Position numbers and translations under genes: made by a program. The notes below the pieces were generated by a model, which made no database searches, was not told the origin of the DNA, and was given only the letters and a program-made list of their open reading frames with translations. Positions 54,878 through 64,000 of a stretch of DNA of 64,000 nt are shown piece after piece. The stretch spans positions 70,368 to 134,367 of the forward strand of contig JAWBDT010000002.1 of the NCBI GenBank assembly GCA_038821645.1, given 5' to 3'. How positions within the stretch are numbered: the stretch's first letter is position 1; each line of letters starts with the position of its first letter. This DNA is from Ignisphaera sp. GTDB taxonomy: Archaea; Thermoproteota; Thermoprotei_A; Sulfolobales; Ignisphaeraceae.

Positions 54878-55156
54878 ATGAATATGGATCTGAAATGCAT
54901 TCAAGAGTACATAAAAAAAGAATATCTTGAAAGAGATAGTGCAAGAGGTCTTTATGCTACATTTACATGGCTTATTGAAGAAGTAGGTGAATTAGCTGAA
55001 GCAATTCTAAATGGTGATAAAGAGAGTATTGAAGAAGAGATAGCAGATGTTATTGCATGGACCTTAAGTATAGCCAATCTACTTAATGTAGATGTTTCAA
55101 AAGCTTTTAAAAGGAAATACGGTGGTTCAAGGATATGTACTTCAGATGTAGACTAA
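54878..55156 (+). CDS. MazG-like nucleotide pyrophosphohydrolase
   Basis: WLIEEVGELAEA, EEEIADV..W. Confidence 0.9.
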   Translation: MNMDLKCIQEYIKKEYLERDSARGLYATFTWLIEEVGELAEAILNGDKESIEEEIADVIAWTLSIANLLNVDVSKAFKRKYGGSRICTSDVD

Positions 55157-55300
55157 TGTGTAAGAGATATAACATGTTGTTATACTTGACATAGTGCATT
55201 AAACATATATTCTTCTTGATGTGAGCAGTTTATACATTTTTAGACGTCATTATATAAAACTTATATATGTGGATTCAATATCATTTATTTGGCGACATAG

Positions 55301-56284
55301 ATGGAGATACCGGTTTTAAGTGATAAAGATGTAGCAGATATAATGGATATGAGTAGAGTTGTAGAACTTATTGAGATAGTTTTTCGTGAAAAAGGGTTAA
55401 AAAGAGTTCAAATGCCACCTAAAGTATATCTATTCTTTGATAAATATCAAGGAGATTTAAGAGCTATGCCTGCTTATCTAGAATCGCTAGATATAGCTGG
55501 AGTAAAACTTGTGAATTCACATCCAATGAATCCTAATCTCTATAACCTTCCAACAGTTATGGCAACAATATTACTCTTCGATCCAAAGACGGGTAGACCT
55601 CTATGTATAATGAATGGAACATTGATAACAGGTGCAAGAACAGGTGCTGCAGCTGCAGTAGCAACGAAATATCTAGCTAATCCTGATGCAACTTCTATAG
55701 GAATAATTGGTGCGGGATTCTTAGCGAAATTTCATATAGAAGCCTTTTCGAAGATTGTGGATATGGAGAAGATATACATATATGATGCAGTTAAGCCAAA
55801 AGCAGAAAAATTGGCTAAAGAAACAGAAGAAAGGCTAGGAATAAAGACAATAACTGTTGATACTCCTAGAGAAGCTATTGAGCCAGTAGATATATTAGCT
55901 ACATTAACACCAAGTAGAAAACCGATAGTAAAAAATGAATGGATTCATGAAGGAATGCACATAAATGCTATGGGAGCAGATGCGCCAGGAAAGCAAGAGC
56001 TAGATCCAGAAATATTGAAAAGAGCAAAAATAGTTGTAGATGATGTAGAACAAGCAATACATAGTGGAGAAATAAACGTACCTATAACACAGAAAATAAT
56101 ATCTATAAAAGACATATATGCTGAACTAGGGGAAATAGTTACAGGAATAAAGAAAGGTCGAGAAACAGATAAAGAGATAACAATATTCGATTCCACAGGG
56201 CTAGCAATACAAGATGTAATAGTATCACATTATATATACACAAAAGCGCTAGAAAGAGGTAAGGTCCAAAAAATCAGTTTATGA
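55301..56284 (+). CDS. ala: Alanine dehydrogenase (ornithine cyclodeaminase/mu-crystallin family)
   Basis: MPPKVYL, GDLRAMPAY, RTGAA, GADAPGKQELD, DSTGLAIQD. Confidence 0.88.
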   Translation: MEIPVLSDKDVADIMDMSRVVELIEIVFREKGLKRVQMPPKVYLFFDKYQGDLRAMPAYLESLDIAGVKLVNSHPMNPNLYNLPTVMATILLFDPKTGRPLCIMNGTLITGARTGAAAAVATKYLANPDATSIGIIGAGFLAKFHIEAFSKIVDMEKIYIYDAVKPKAEKLAKETEERLGIKTITVDTPREAIEPVDILATLTPSRKPIVKNEWIHEGMHINAMGADAPGKQELDPEILKRAKIVVDDVEQAIHSGEINVPITQKIISIKDIYAELGEIVTGIKKGRETDKEITIFDSTGLAIQDVIVSHYIYTKALERGKVQKISL

Positions 56285-56380
56285 TGAATTTGAGAATCTG
56301 AATAGGGCACCTCGAAGATTAAGAGATTGAATAAATAGATATTAAAGATCCTAGTAAAAAGATTTAATATTTGATTGAAC

Positions 56381-56530
56381 TTAGATGGGAGATGGATCCT
56401 TGGGATTTTCGGTACCACCTGTATAAACTGTACTTACTCTTATGAGCAGCATCAATAATGCTATGATCATGAATATTATTGGAAGATACCTAGTCGATTT
56501 AATTAGTATACTGATTTCCCTTCTTTGCAT
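56381..56530 (-). CDS. Unannotated 49-aa peptide precursor: signal-peptide-like leader plus short polar C-terminal tail
   Basis: Manual translation MQRREISILIKSTRYLPIIFMIIALLMLLIRVSTVYTGGTENPKDPSPI*; GGTGA RBS at 56537-56541, 6 nt before the ATG. Confidence 0.7.
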   Translation of the reverse strand: MQRREISILIKSTRYLPIIFMIIALLMLLIRVSTVYTGGTENPKDPSPI

Positions 56531-56713
56531 CTAATTTCACCAAGTTTCTGAGTTATCTAAATGGAATATTATGTGTTAAGGTATAGAATCATTGGAATAT
56601 TTGATCTAAAAACTTAATTACCTTATTACTTCATGGTCTTACAATTTTGAAGCACTTATATAAGGAGTTCTACCAAATATCTTAAGTAGAAGCTAAATAA
56701 TTGTAAGGTCAGG

Positions 56714-57862
56714 ATGTGTGATATTTTGACCATAGTTAAACTCAGCAAGATAACTGAAAAGAGAATCTCAAGAATTTTAGAGTATCTTTATGTATCAAAT
56801 GTCTTAACTTCTTCAGAGATTCTCAAGGGATTGAGAGCTGAAGGAATGGCTAGGTACAGAAAGACAAAATATGTCAGAAGGTTATTCAAATTCATTGATA
56901 ATATGGGTGTTTCTCTCGTACCCGACCTTCTTATTCATAAACTCAAATTAAAGGGTATTATAGCTATTGTCAAAGTTAAAAAAATAAGAAAATGTAACAA
57001 CCTTGGTAATGCAACTACATCAATACCTTTCATTAGATCTGTTGCTCTATCTATCCCTAACATGGTCATGATATCCCTCTATGTTCCCGAAAATATGGTC
57101 AATATCTATAGAAATTATGGCGGTGTTAGAGGTATTGACATAAGTACACATCTTTATGAATATGTCATTAGATCTAAACCATTGCCAGAGTATCTATTCA
57201 GAGCTATTGAAGGACCTATAGAAAATATCGTCAATAGTGAGTCATTTGAATCATGTTTTAGCAAACCGTTACTTCTACCAAGTGACTGGAATGGAAAACC
57301 AAAGATAGATAGTCTTGCGCTAAGTGTACTAGATGCGCTTTTGATGAATCCTACGCTTACACTTAAAGAATTATCTGAAGTTCTTGGTAACAAGTTTGGT
57401 AAAAAGTTTACAGTACAGAAAACTAGAAAAGCTGTTAATAGAGCCTCCAAATTCATTTTTGGATACAGGGTAGCTATAACAAAAACTGTCTATGTATCGA
57501 ATCTAAAGATGGGTATCGTTATTGATGGAGTAATCGATCCACAGGCTCTATGTTTATCTATAGCTAGGCATCCACTCATGATTTCTTGTGGCTGGTATAA
57601 CAATAGTAAAAAGGTTATACTTTATATATCTCTGCCTGAAAGCAGAATTGCAGAATTTAAGAATAATTTATTTTGGTTTCTTGATCAATTAAAGGGATAT
57701 GTTGTTGATTCTTTTGAGTATATATTTGCAAAAGGCTATACAAGTGTTGTTAATATTCCTTATACGGAATGGGTTCCTTCGATAAAGTCTTGGAAGTATG
57801 TTGAAGATCCTATACCTATGGTTTTAGGTTATTTAAAAAGTTCTGGATGTATTGAGATCTAG
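56714..57862 (+). CDS. Putative transcriptional regulator with two tandem Lrp/AsnC-like (HTH + RAM) repeats
   Basis: Repeat 1 ...SSEIL...VPDLLIHKLKLKGIIAIV; repeat 2 KIDSLALSVLDALLMNPTLTLKELSEVLG...IFGYRVAI resembles the Lrp N-terminal HTH. Confidence 0.55.
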   Translation: MCDILTIVKLSKITEKRISRILEYLYVSNVLTSSEILKGLRAEGMARYRKTKYVRRLFKFIDNMGVSLVPDLLIHKLKLKGIIAIVKVKKIRKCNNLGNATTSIPFIRSVALSIPNMVMISLYVPENMVNIYRNYGGVRGIDISTHLYEYVIRSKPLPEYLFRAIEGPIENIVNSESFESCFSKPLLLPSDWNGKPKIDSLALSVLDALLMNPTLTLKELSEVLGNKFGKKFTVQKTRKAVNRASKFIFGYRVAITKTVYVSNLKMGIVIDGVIDPQALCLSIARHPLMISCGWYNNSKKVILYISLPESRIAEFKNNLFWFLDQLKGYVVDSFEYIFAKGYTSVVNIPYTEWVPSIKSWKYVEDPIPMVLGYLKSSGCIEI

Positions 57863-58344
57863 TTCATTTTAATTAAAAATCTTTTCTTTAAATATACTTG
57901 GATTGTAAATAAACAATTCTATCTATTGCTCAAGATAATACTCTTCATCATGATAAGTAAAAGTGATTTAATGGGTAATGATTTGGTTATCGTGTTAGCC
58001 TACATACTATTATTGTGTAACTAGAGATAATATTTACGAGTTTTCTGGATCTAGTAGTATAGAGTTCTACGGTATTTTACAATAAACTTCTAGACATAAT
58101 GTATCCAATCATGTAGAGAACCTGTGATGTTTTTAATAGCTTTCTATACTCTTTTGACCAACTTCTTCATAAATGCATTTATCCTAATGTAATGTGTCGT
58201 ATAACATCTGATATACGAAAACAACAGATTATTTCATGGTTAGATCACAAAATTTTATAATCTCTATATCACCTATATCATTTGATTGAAGCTTGATCGA
58301 AATAGCTATGGTAATTAGTAATATGATGGTTTGTATATGTTTTG

Positions 58345-59391
58345 TTAAGGAATTCTTAGTACTGGTGAACCTTTTATTTTTGCCATTTTTAGATCTCTTA
58401 AAGCTTTATTTACATCATTTAATGTATAGATCTGGATGTGTATATTTATTGGATATAATTTAACTATCTCTAGAAGCTCTTTTACATCGGCTCTAGTAAC
58501 GTTTGCAACGCTTTTCAATTCTTTTTCTTGCCAAACATGTTTTAGATAATCTAGGTTTATACTGCTTTGCTTTCTTATTACATTTACAACAAGCTTTTCT
58601 CCTCTGTCTAGAACCTCTAAAGCTCTAGCAATTGTTTCTCCTACTGGTGTAAAATCTATTGCTCTATTTATTTTCTTTGGGGGATCTTCATAGGGGCTTC
58701 CTACCCAGTCTGCTCCAAGTTTTTTAGCTAGATCCTTATGGTGATCGCTCCTCGTAAATACATAAATTTCTGAAGAAGGATAAAGTTTTCTAGCTATCTG
58801 CATAACTATGTGTGCTGATGATCCAAAGCCAAACAATCCTAGTCTAAGTCCATCAATCATTTGGACAAGCTTTAAAGCTCTATAGCCGACAGCACCTGCA
58901 CACATAAGTGGAGCAACATATTCGTCATCTAAATTCCTTGGTACATGGTACATGTAGTTGCTGTATACGGCTACATATTCTGCGTATCCTCCATCTATAT
59001 TACATCCAGTTGCTTTAAATTCTTCGCATAAATTTTCTTGCCCAGATTTGCAATAGAAACATTTATTACATGTATGCCCTATCCATGCTATACCAACCTT
59101 GTCGCCTATATTGTACCCATACACATTTTTACCAATATCAACAACTTTACCGACAATTTGATGCCCGAGTATAACAGGCAGTTTACATCTAACTCTTCCC
59201 TCAATAATATCTATATCTGTATAACACACACCACATACAGCTACCTTAACCAAAGCTTGATTAAAGCTTATGTAGGGATCGTCTACATCATCTATGGATA
59301 GAGGTTCTTCAACCCATGGAAGTTCTGGATACCTTCTACTATATTCTTCAGCTTTAATCTCTACATTGTTTCTAAGTACTGCAGCCTTCAT
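58345..59391 (-). CDS. Zinc-dependent alcohol dehydrogenase (medium-chain family)
   Basis: CGVCYTD, GHQIVG, CNKCFYC..ENLC, PLMCAG, GFGSSA. Confidence 0.92.
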   Translation of the reverse strand: MKAAVLRNNVEIKAEEYSRRYPELPWVEEPLSIDDVDDPYISFNQALVKVAVCGVCYTDIDIIEGRVRCKLPVILGHQIVGKVVDIGKNVYGYNIGDKVGIAWIGHTCNKCFYCKSGQENLCEEFKATGCNIDGGYAEYVAVYSNYMYHVPRNLDDEYVAPLMCAGAVGYRALKLVQMIDGLRLGLFGFGSSAHIVMQIARKLYPSSEIYVFTRSDHHKDLAKKLGADWVGSPYEDPPKKINRAIDFTPVGETIARALEVLDRGEKLVVNVIRKQSSINLDYLKHVWQEKELKSVANVTRADVKELLEIVKLYPINIHIQIYTLNDVNKALRDLKMAKIKGSPVLRIP

Positions 59392-60017
59392 AAATATCCC
59401 TTGTATATGATCTGTATTGCTACTACTCTATATTAATTTATTTATTTCCTCAATTATTCTCTTATGTGTCAACAATTCTCTATCTCTAGAAACAAATTTT
59501 ACAACTACATGTTTACGTTTAACCTTGTGTATAGCCTTACTATATTGAACTAAGGACCTCGCCATGAATTAAGATTTCTACTGACTTTATAAATGATATG
59601 GAGAAAAGGAAGCCACTTATAATAGATACAAGTGTCAAAACAAATACGTAAAGAGTTCTACTCATACCAAACAGTACGCTATATTATTTCTTTTCTTTTC
59701 TAAAAGTATTAAACCAAATATCAGGAAACCTAGACCTATATAGTTACCTAAATTGTTAAGAACATCTTCAAAAATGAAACTATATATCATTTAGGACATC
59801 TTCGGATATACAGAATTAAGTGATATCGATATTTGATACACCTAGCTTTTGAGCTAATTGCTTATTAATGAAACTTAAGAGTAACTGTAGATTGTATTGC
59901 TTATATAGATCTATACATTATGTATATAGGTTATATAAACCCCATTCGATTATCTATATTATTCTTATAGAGATTGTTTTTGTTCTAAAGATCTTTTGCA
60001 TAAATATGGTGACGTAA

Positions 60018-61040
60018 TTGTTTTCGCTCTTCATTGTGGGACTTGCTTTATCGGCAGCAATAGCTTGGTCTATCGGTGGTAACGATACTGCAAATTCTAT
60101 AGATGCTATTGTTGGTGGAGGAGTTCTTGATATTAAGAAGACTATGACCTTATTTGCAACATCTCAAGCTGTTGGAGCTGTTGTTCAAGGTTATATGGTT
60201 ATGAAGACTATTGGTAGAGGTGTTGTTCCAGATATAGATGTTGTTGAAGCTGTAGCAGCAACTTTAGCAACCTTTACATGGATAACTATTGCAACTCTTA
60301 AGGGAGTACCAATATCTACAACACATAGTGTTACTAGTGCTGTCATAGGTATAGGTATAGCTAAATGGTTGCAAGATGGTCTTATGTCCATAAATATTGA
60401 CGCTGTTTTAAAGATTATAATTAGCTGGATTTCATCACCTCTAGCATCAATAGCTCTAGCAATACCTCTCTACCACTTCTTTAGCTGGATGTTTAGTCGA
60501 TGGTCTATAGACAACACTATAGCTAAAGTAATTCTCATATTTGTTACAGCATTTTCTGCATACTCTTTTGGTGCAAATGATGTTGGTAATGCAACAAGTG
60601 TTTATGTGACTATTACAAGCAGGTATCTCGGAATACCTGATGCTGAGACTATGAGGTTTCTCGCGATATTTGCATCATTCTTTATAGCATTAGGGGGATT
60701 TACTGTCGGTAAAAAAGTTGTAGAGACTCTAGCTTTCAAGATTACGAGACTCGATATACCTATGGCTATGGCTTCTGAAGCCTCTAATGCCTTAGTCGTA
60801 TGGATTTTCACAACATTACCATATATGCTGTTTGGCTACGGATTACCTATATCAACGACATACGCAACAGCGGGATCCATAATAGGTGTAGATATAGCCA
60901 AGAATAGAGGTCTTAGAGGAGTAAACGTGAAAACTATAATATTCATAATGGGTGCATGGATCTTAACATTACCTTTAGTAGCTTCAGCAAGTATAGCTAT
61001 ATACTTCCTTATCAAAACCTTTGTAGGTGTTACGATGTGA
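60018..61040 (+). CDS. PiT-family inorganic phosphate transporter
   Basis: GGNDTANS and GANDVGNA repeats, PISTT motifs. Confidence 0.9.
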   Translation: MFSLFIVGLALSAAIAWSIGGNDTANSIDAIVGGGVLDIKKTMTLFATSQAVGAVVQGYMVMKTIGRGVVPDIDVVEAVAATLATFTWITIATLKGVPISTTHSVTSAVIGIGIAKWLQDGLMSINIDAVLKIIISWISSPLASIALAIPLYHFFSWMFSRWSIDNTIAKVILIFVTAFSAYSFGANDVGNATSVYVTITSRYLGIPDAETMRFLAIFASFFIALGGFTVGKKVVETLAFKITRLDIPMAMASEASNALVVWIFTTLPYMLFGYGLPISTTYATAGSIIGVDIAKNRGLRGVNVKTIIFIMGAWILTLPLVASASIAIYFLIKTFVGVTM

Positions 61041-61699
61041 CGTTTTGGAGCTGGATATCTATGAGAAGAAGAAGGGAGATATTGGACATGTATATAAGAC
61101 ACGTTGAGAGAGTTATAGAGGTGGTAAATCACGCAGAAAAGCTCATAGAAGCTTTAGTTGAAGGAAATGAAGAGGAAGTCTTAAGAGAATGGCAAAATGT
61201 TTTTGAATCAGAAAGAAAAGCCGATGAATCTAAAAGAAATATTTTAGCAGAATTATCCAAAGAAATATTTCATCCAATAGATAGAGAAGAGCTTGTGAGA
61301 CTAATAATAATGACTGACGATATAGCTGATTATGCTAAGGCATGGAGTAGAAGAGCAGTACTATATACACCAAACAAAACACCAAATGATATAGGTAAGA
61401 AACTTACATTAATGTCTAAAAAGGTTTTAGATGCTGTAAACTTAATTAAACAAGCTGTAGATACTTTAGTTAAGGATCCTAGGAAAGTTCTAGAAATAGC
61501 TAACTCTATAGAGTCTCTAGAAGAAGAGGTTGACGACATCAGACACGATTTATTCAAATCTGTACTTAGTTTCTGCAATAATGCACAGCCATCACAATGC
61601 ATATTGATTAAAGAACTCATGGACTCTATAGAGAATGCTGCAGATAAGTGTGAAGATGTAGGGGATCTATTCAGAAGAATAGCACTTCTATCAATATAA
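61037..61699 (+). CDS. DUF47 phosphate transport regulator
   Basis: ERKADE.KR, PIDREE, DDIAD, ENAADKCEDVGD; GTG start overlapping the pit stop. Confidence 0.9.
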   Translation: MTFWSWISMRRRREILDMYIRHVERVIEVVNHAEKLIEALVEGNEEEVLREWQNVFESERKADESKRNILAELSKEIFHPIDREELVRLIIMTDDIADYAKAWSRRAVLYTPNKTPNDIGKKLTLMSKKVLDAVNLIKQAVDTLVKDPRKVLEIANSIESLEEEVDDIRHDLFKSVLSFCNNAQPSQCILIKELMDSIENAADKCEDVGDLFRRIALLSI

Positions 61700-62074
61700 A
61701 CCTGTGGTTCAACAATATATTCACTAGCATCTATAATTATCCTAATTATCTTGATATTTATGGATTAACATATAACTTCATAATAATGGTGTTTCATATC
61801 TCTAGTCCTTAGGGGGAGATTGAGTACAGAATATAGGAGAATTAATGATATATTTTATCTCTCAATTTCTGTAGTTAATAAACGTATTTTATGAAGTTCG
61901 ATAGAAACGATAATTCTATTCATTGAATTATGTGTATCGTAGCGAGTTTAAGAAATAACGTTATTAATAGATGGTAAACTAACTCGTTTACAGGGTATTG
62001 GATCGCTAGATTTATTTAGTGATATATGTACTATGTTTATAGATATCATGTAGTAAATTAGAGGATTTTGAAGC

Positions 62075-63124
62075 ATGAATATGATGATTTTCTACAACAA
62101 TATATTTTATAGACATAAACCACCTCAAGGTGTTTACCATCCCGAGAATCCCGGGCGTTTAGATATAGCATTGAATGGAATTAGAGCTAATGATCTTTTG
62201 GATTACATAAAGAATGTTAATGTTGTTGAAGATAGATATCGTGACTATAAGCTGAAGATACATAGTGAAAACTATATAGCTTTAATCGACGAGTTCTGTA
62301 GTAGAGGCGAGAGTTTTATTGATGGTGATACTTATGTATGTAGAGATACATGTGCTGTAGCCAATTATGCTTTATATCTCTCTGCACATGCAATGGAAAT
62401 AGCTTTAGATGCTAAAGAAACATTAATTTTTGTTCTTACTAGACCTCCGGGTCATCATGTAGGTCTGAATGGTAGAGCTATGGGTGCACCTACACAAGGG
62501 TTCTGTATATTCAATAATATCGCTATTGCAGCAACATATGCTTTAGATAGAGGCTACAAACCTGTAGTCATAATTGATATAGATGTTCATCACGGGAATG
62601 GCACTCAAGAAATATTTTGGGAAGACCCAAATGTAGTGCATATAGATGTTCATGAACACGGTATATATCCTGGTACTGGTTACATTAATGATCTTGGTGG
62701 TGGAGAAGGCTACGGAACCAAGATAAATATACCTATGCATTCATTTAGCGGTGATAATGATTATATCTATGTATTTAAAGAGATAGTTTCTCAATTAATC
62801 TATACCATAAAACCCAAGGGGCTCGCTATTTCAGCAGGATTTGATGCTTATAAAGATGATGGATTAGCGTCCATGGAGTTAACGGAGAGTTTCTATAGAT
62901 TCCTTGGATCATTGGTCAGACAGTTCGTTAAGGAGTTAGGTATAAGCGCTATAGCTGTTCTAGAAGGTGGATATGGTATAGGTTTGGAGAAAGGATTACC
63001 GGCATTGTTGAGGGGGTTCATTAAACCAATAGAGATAGATATTGAAACAGTTGAAGCATCTAGATCGACAATATATACAGTAAAGAGTGTTCGAAATGTG
63101 ATCAAAGATTTTTATGTATTTTGA
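62075..63124 (+). CDS. Histone deacetylase family (AcuC/HDAC-like) amidohydrolase
   Basis: HPENPGR, RPPGHH, GFCIFNN, DIDVHHGNGT, SAGFD, LEGGY. Confidence 0.93.
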   Translation: MNMMIFYNNIFYRHKPPQGVYHPENPGRLDIALNGIRANDLLDYIKNVNVVEDRYRDYKLKIHSENYIALIDEFCSRGESFIDGDTYVCRDTCAVANYALYLSAHAMEIALDAKETLIFVLTRPPGHHVGLNGRAMGAPTQGFCIFNNIAIAATYALDRGYKPVVIIDIDVHHGNGTQEIFWEDPNVVHIDVHEHGIYPGTGYINDLGGGEGYGTKINIPMHSFSGDNDYIYVFKEIVSQLIYTIKPKGLAISAGFDAYKDDGLASMELTESFYRFLGSLVRQFVKELGISAIAVLEGGYGIGLEKGLPALLRGFIKPIEIDIETVEASRSTIYTVKSVRNVIKDFYVF

Positions 63125-63217
63125 ACTTATTAGCTATATACTCTTTAAAAGCTATAGCCGATCTAAATCCTTAATAAGATTTAGTAGAGTTTCATCAAGT
63201 CTGTGGGGTAGATATTA

Positions 63218-63787
63218 GTGAAGAAAGAGAAAACTATCTTGTTATTGATTAGTGATACCCATATACCGGAAAGAGCTTCAGAAATTGACACTAGAATTGT
63301 TGACTACATTAAACTAAGTAGGTATGATATTGTTGTTCATGCAGGTGATTTAACAGAAGAGTATGTTATAGATCAGATAAAACATTTCGGAAAACATATA
63401 TACGTAGTTCAAGGCAATATGGATTACCTAGATTTACCGGAGGAAGAGGTTTTCGATGTATATAGTATAAGGTTTGGAGTAGTTCATGGTGATCAAGTTA
63501 GACCTAGAGGAAATATAGAGGCTCTTTCAACAATAGCTAAAAGACTTGGAGCATCAATATTGATATCAGGTCATACACACTATCCATTCATATCACTTGA
63601 TTCTACAGGCATTCTACATATTAATCCAGGTTCTGTAACTGGAGTATGGGGAGGTGGTGGAGGTGCAATGCTTCCGTCATTTATAGAACTGGAGGTGTAT
63701 AGTGATGGCATAGTAGTAGTAAAGCTCTATGAACTTATAGAGGACAAGATTGAACTAAAAAGAGTTGAGAACTATAGATTCACGTAA
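63218..63787 (+). CDS. YfcE/Vps29-like metallophosphoesterase
   Basis: ISDTH, HAGD, GNMD, HGD, GHTH, NPGS. Confidence 0.92.
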   Translation: MKKEKTILLLISDTHIPERASEIDTRIVDYIKLSRYDIVVHAGDLTEEYVIDQIKHFGKHIYVVQGNMDYLDLPEEEVFDVYSIRFGVVHGDQVRPRGNIEALSTIAKRLGASILISGHTHYPFISLDSTGILHINPGSVTGVWGGGGGAMLPSFIELEVYSDGIVVVKLYELIEDKIELKRVENYRFT

Positions 63788-63931
63788 CACAAGGTTATAA
63801 TCTTCGAGAGATGATGAAATATAACTTGTCCATCAAAACACTATACAGAGAATATATATACACCTAAGTATAAATGCTAATACTTAACTTCATAATTTTA
63901 TTTTACATCATTCAAATACTTTAGTCTATAT

Positions 63932-64000
63932 TCAAGCTCTGTAAACGAGTTCCACAACCACTTTTCTCTAGCCAAAGACACATAAGCAAATATCTCTAGA
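63932..64000 (-). CDS. Possible 3' end of a gene entering from beyond the window
   Basis: Open frame LEIFAYVSLAREKVVVELVYRA*; too short to assign. Confidence 0.3.

Noticed and set aside
56281-56330. ATGATGA...CTGA C/D-like motif after ala
   Set aside because: The ATGATGA comes from tandem stop codons; there is no C' box or second guide.
56230-56418. 62-aa ORF from the track (MVPKIPRIH...)
   Set aside because: It overlaps the ala 3' end and the better-supported 49-aa peptide ORF in another frame, and has no RBS.
59598-59651. MEKRKPLIIDTSV mini-ORF resembling a VapC/PIN N-terminus
   Set aside because: Only 17 codons with no convincing continuation; could be chance.
60800-60900. PiT second motif PISTTY instead of PxSxxH
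   Set aside because: The frame is intact, both GxND motifs are present and the DUF47 partner is adjacent; there is not enough evidence for inactivation.
63811-63860. ATGATGA box C candidate
   Set aside because: No properly spaced D or D' boxes.

Overview
AT-rich crenarchaeal chromosome segment. Cren7, GINS23-MCM, a split RFC, a short XPF and the Sulfolobus-like gene order point to Thermoproteota, probably Desulfurococcales (Ignisphaera-like, inferred). The window is mostly core genes: archaeal lipid genes (DGGGP synthase, geranylgeranyl reductase), pyrG, a GAPOR-like oxidoreductase, thpR-cca with an intron-containing tRNA-Pro(GGG), an mcm/gins/rfc/orc1-2 replication cluster, the proteasome-exosome superoperon through EF-2, and the L22-L15 ribosomal block (including an S14 gene missed by the ORF track), followed by mixed metabolic genes. 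The best novelty candidate is an unannotated 49-aa signal-peptide-like precursor with a short polar tail (56381-56530), divergent from a tandem-duplicated Lrp/AsnC-like regulator; this resembles a peptide-signalling cassette. Other highlights: a C/D box sRNA overlapping the start of an m5C methyltransferase gene whose two guides both fit tRNA-Thr(UGU); a second C/D sRNA; a divergent second Cren7; a GC-shifted cca gene; an ANTTTC damage-response-like element upstream of orc1-2; a TldD-like protein lacking its catalytic Glu; and a pair of complementary degenerate YjbQ paralogs. No CRISPR array or intact mobile element was seen.
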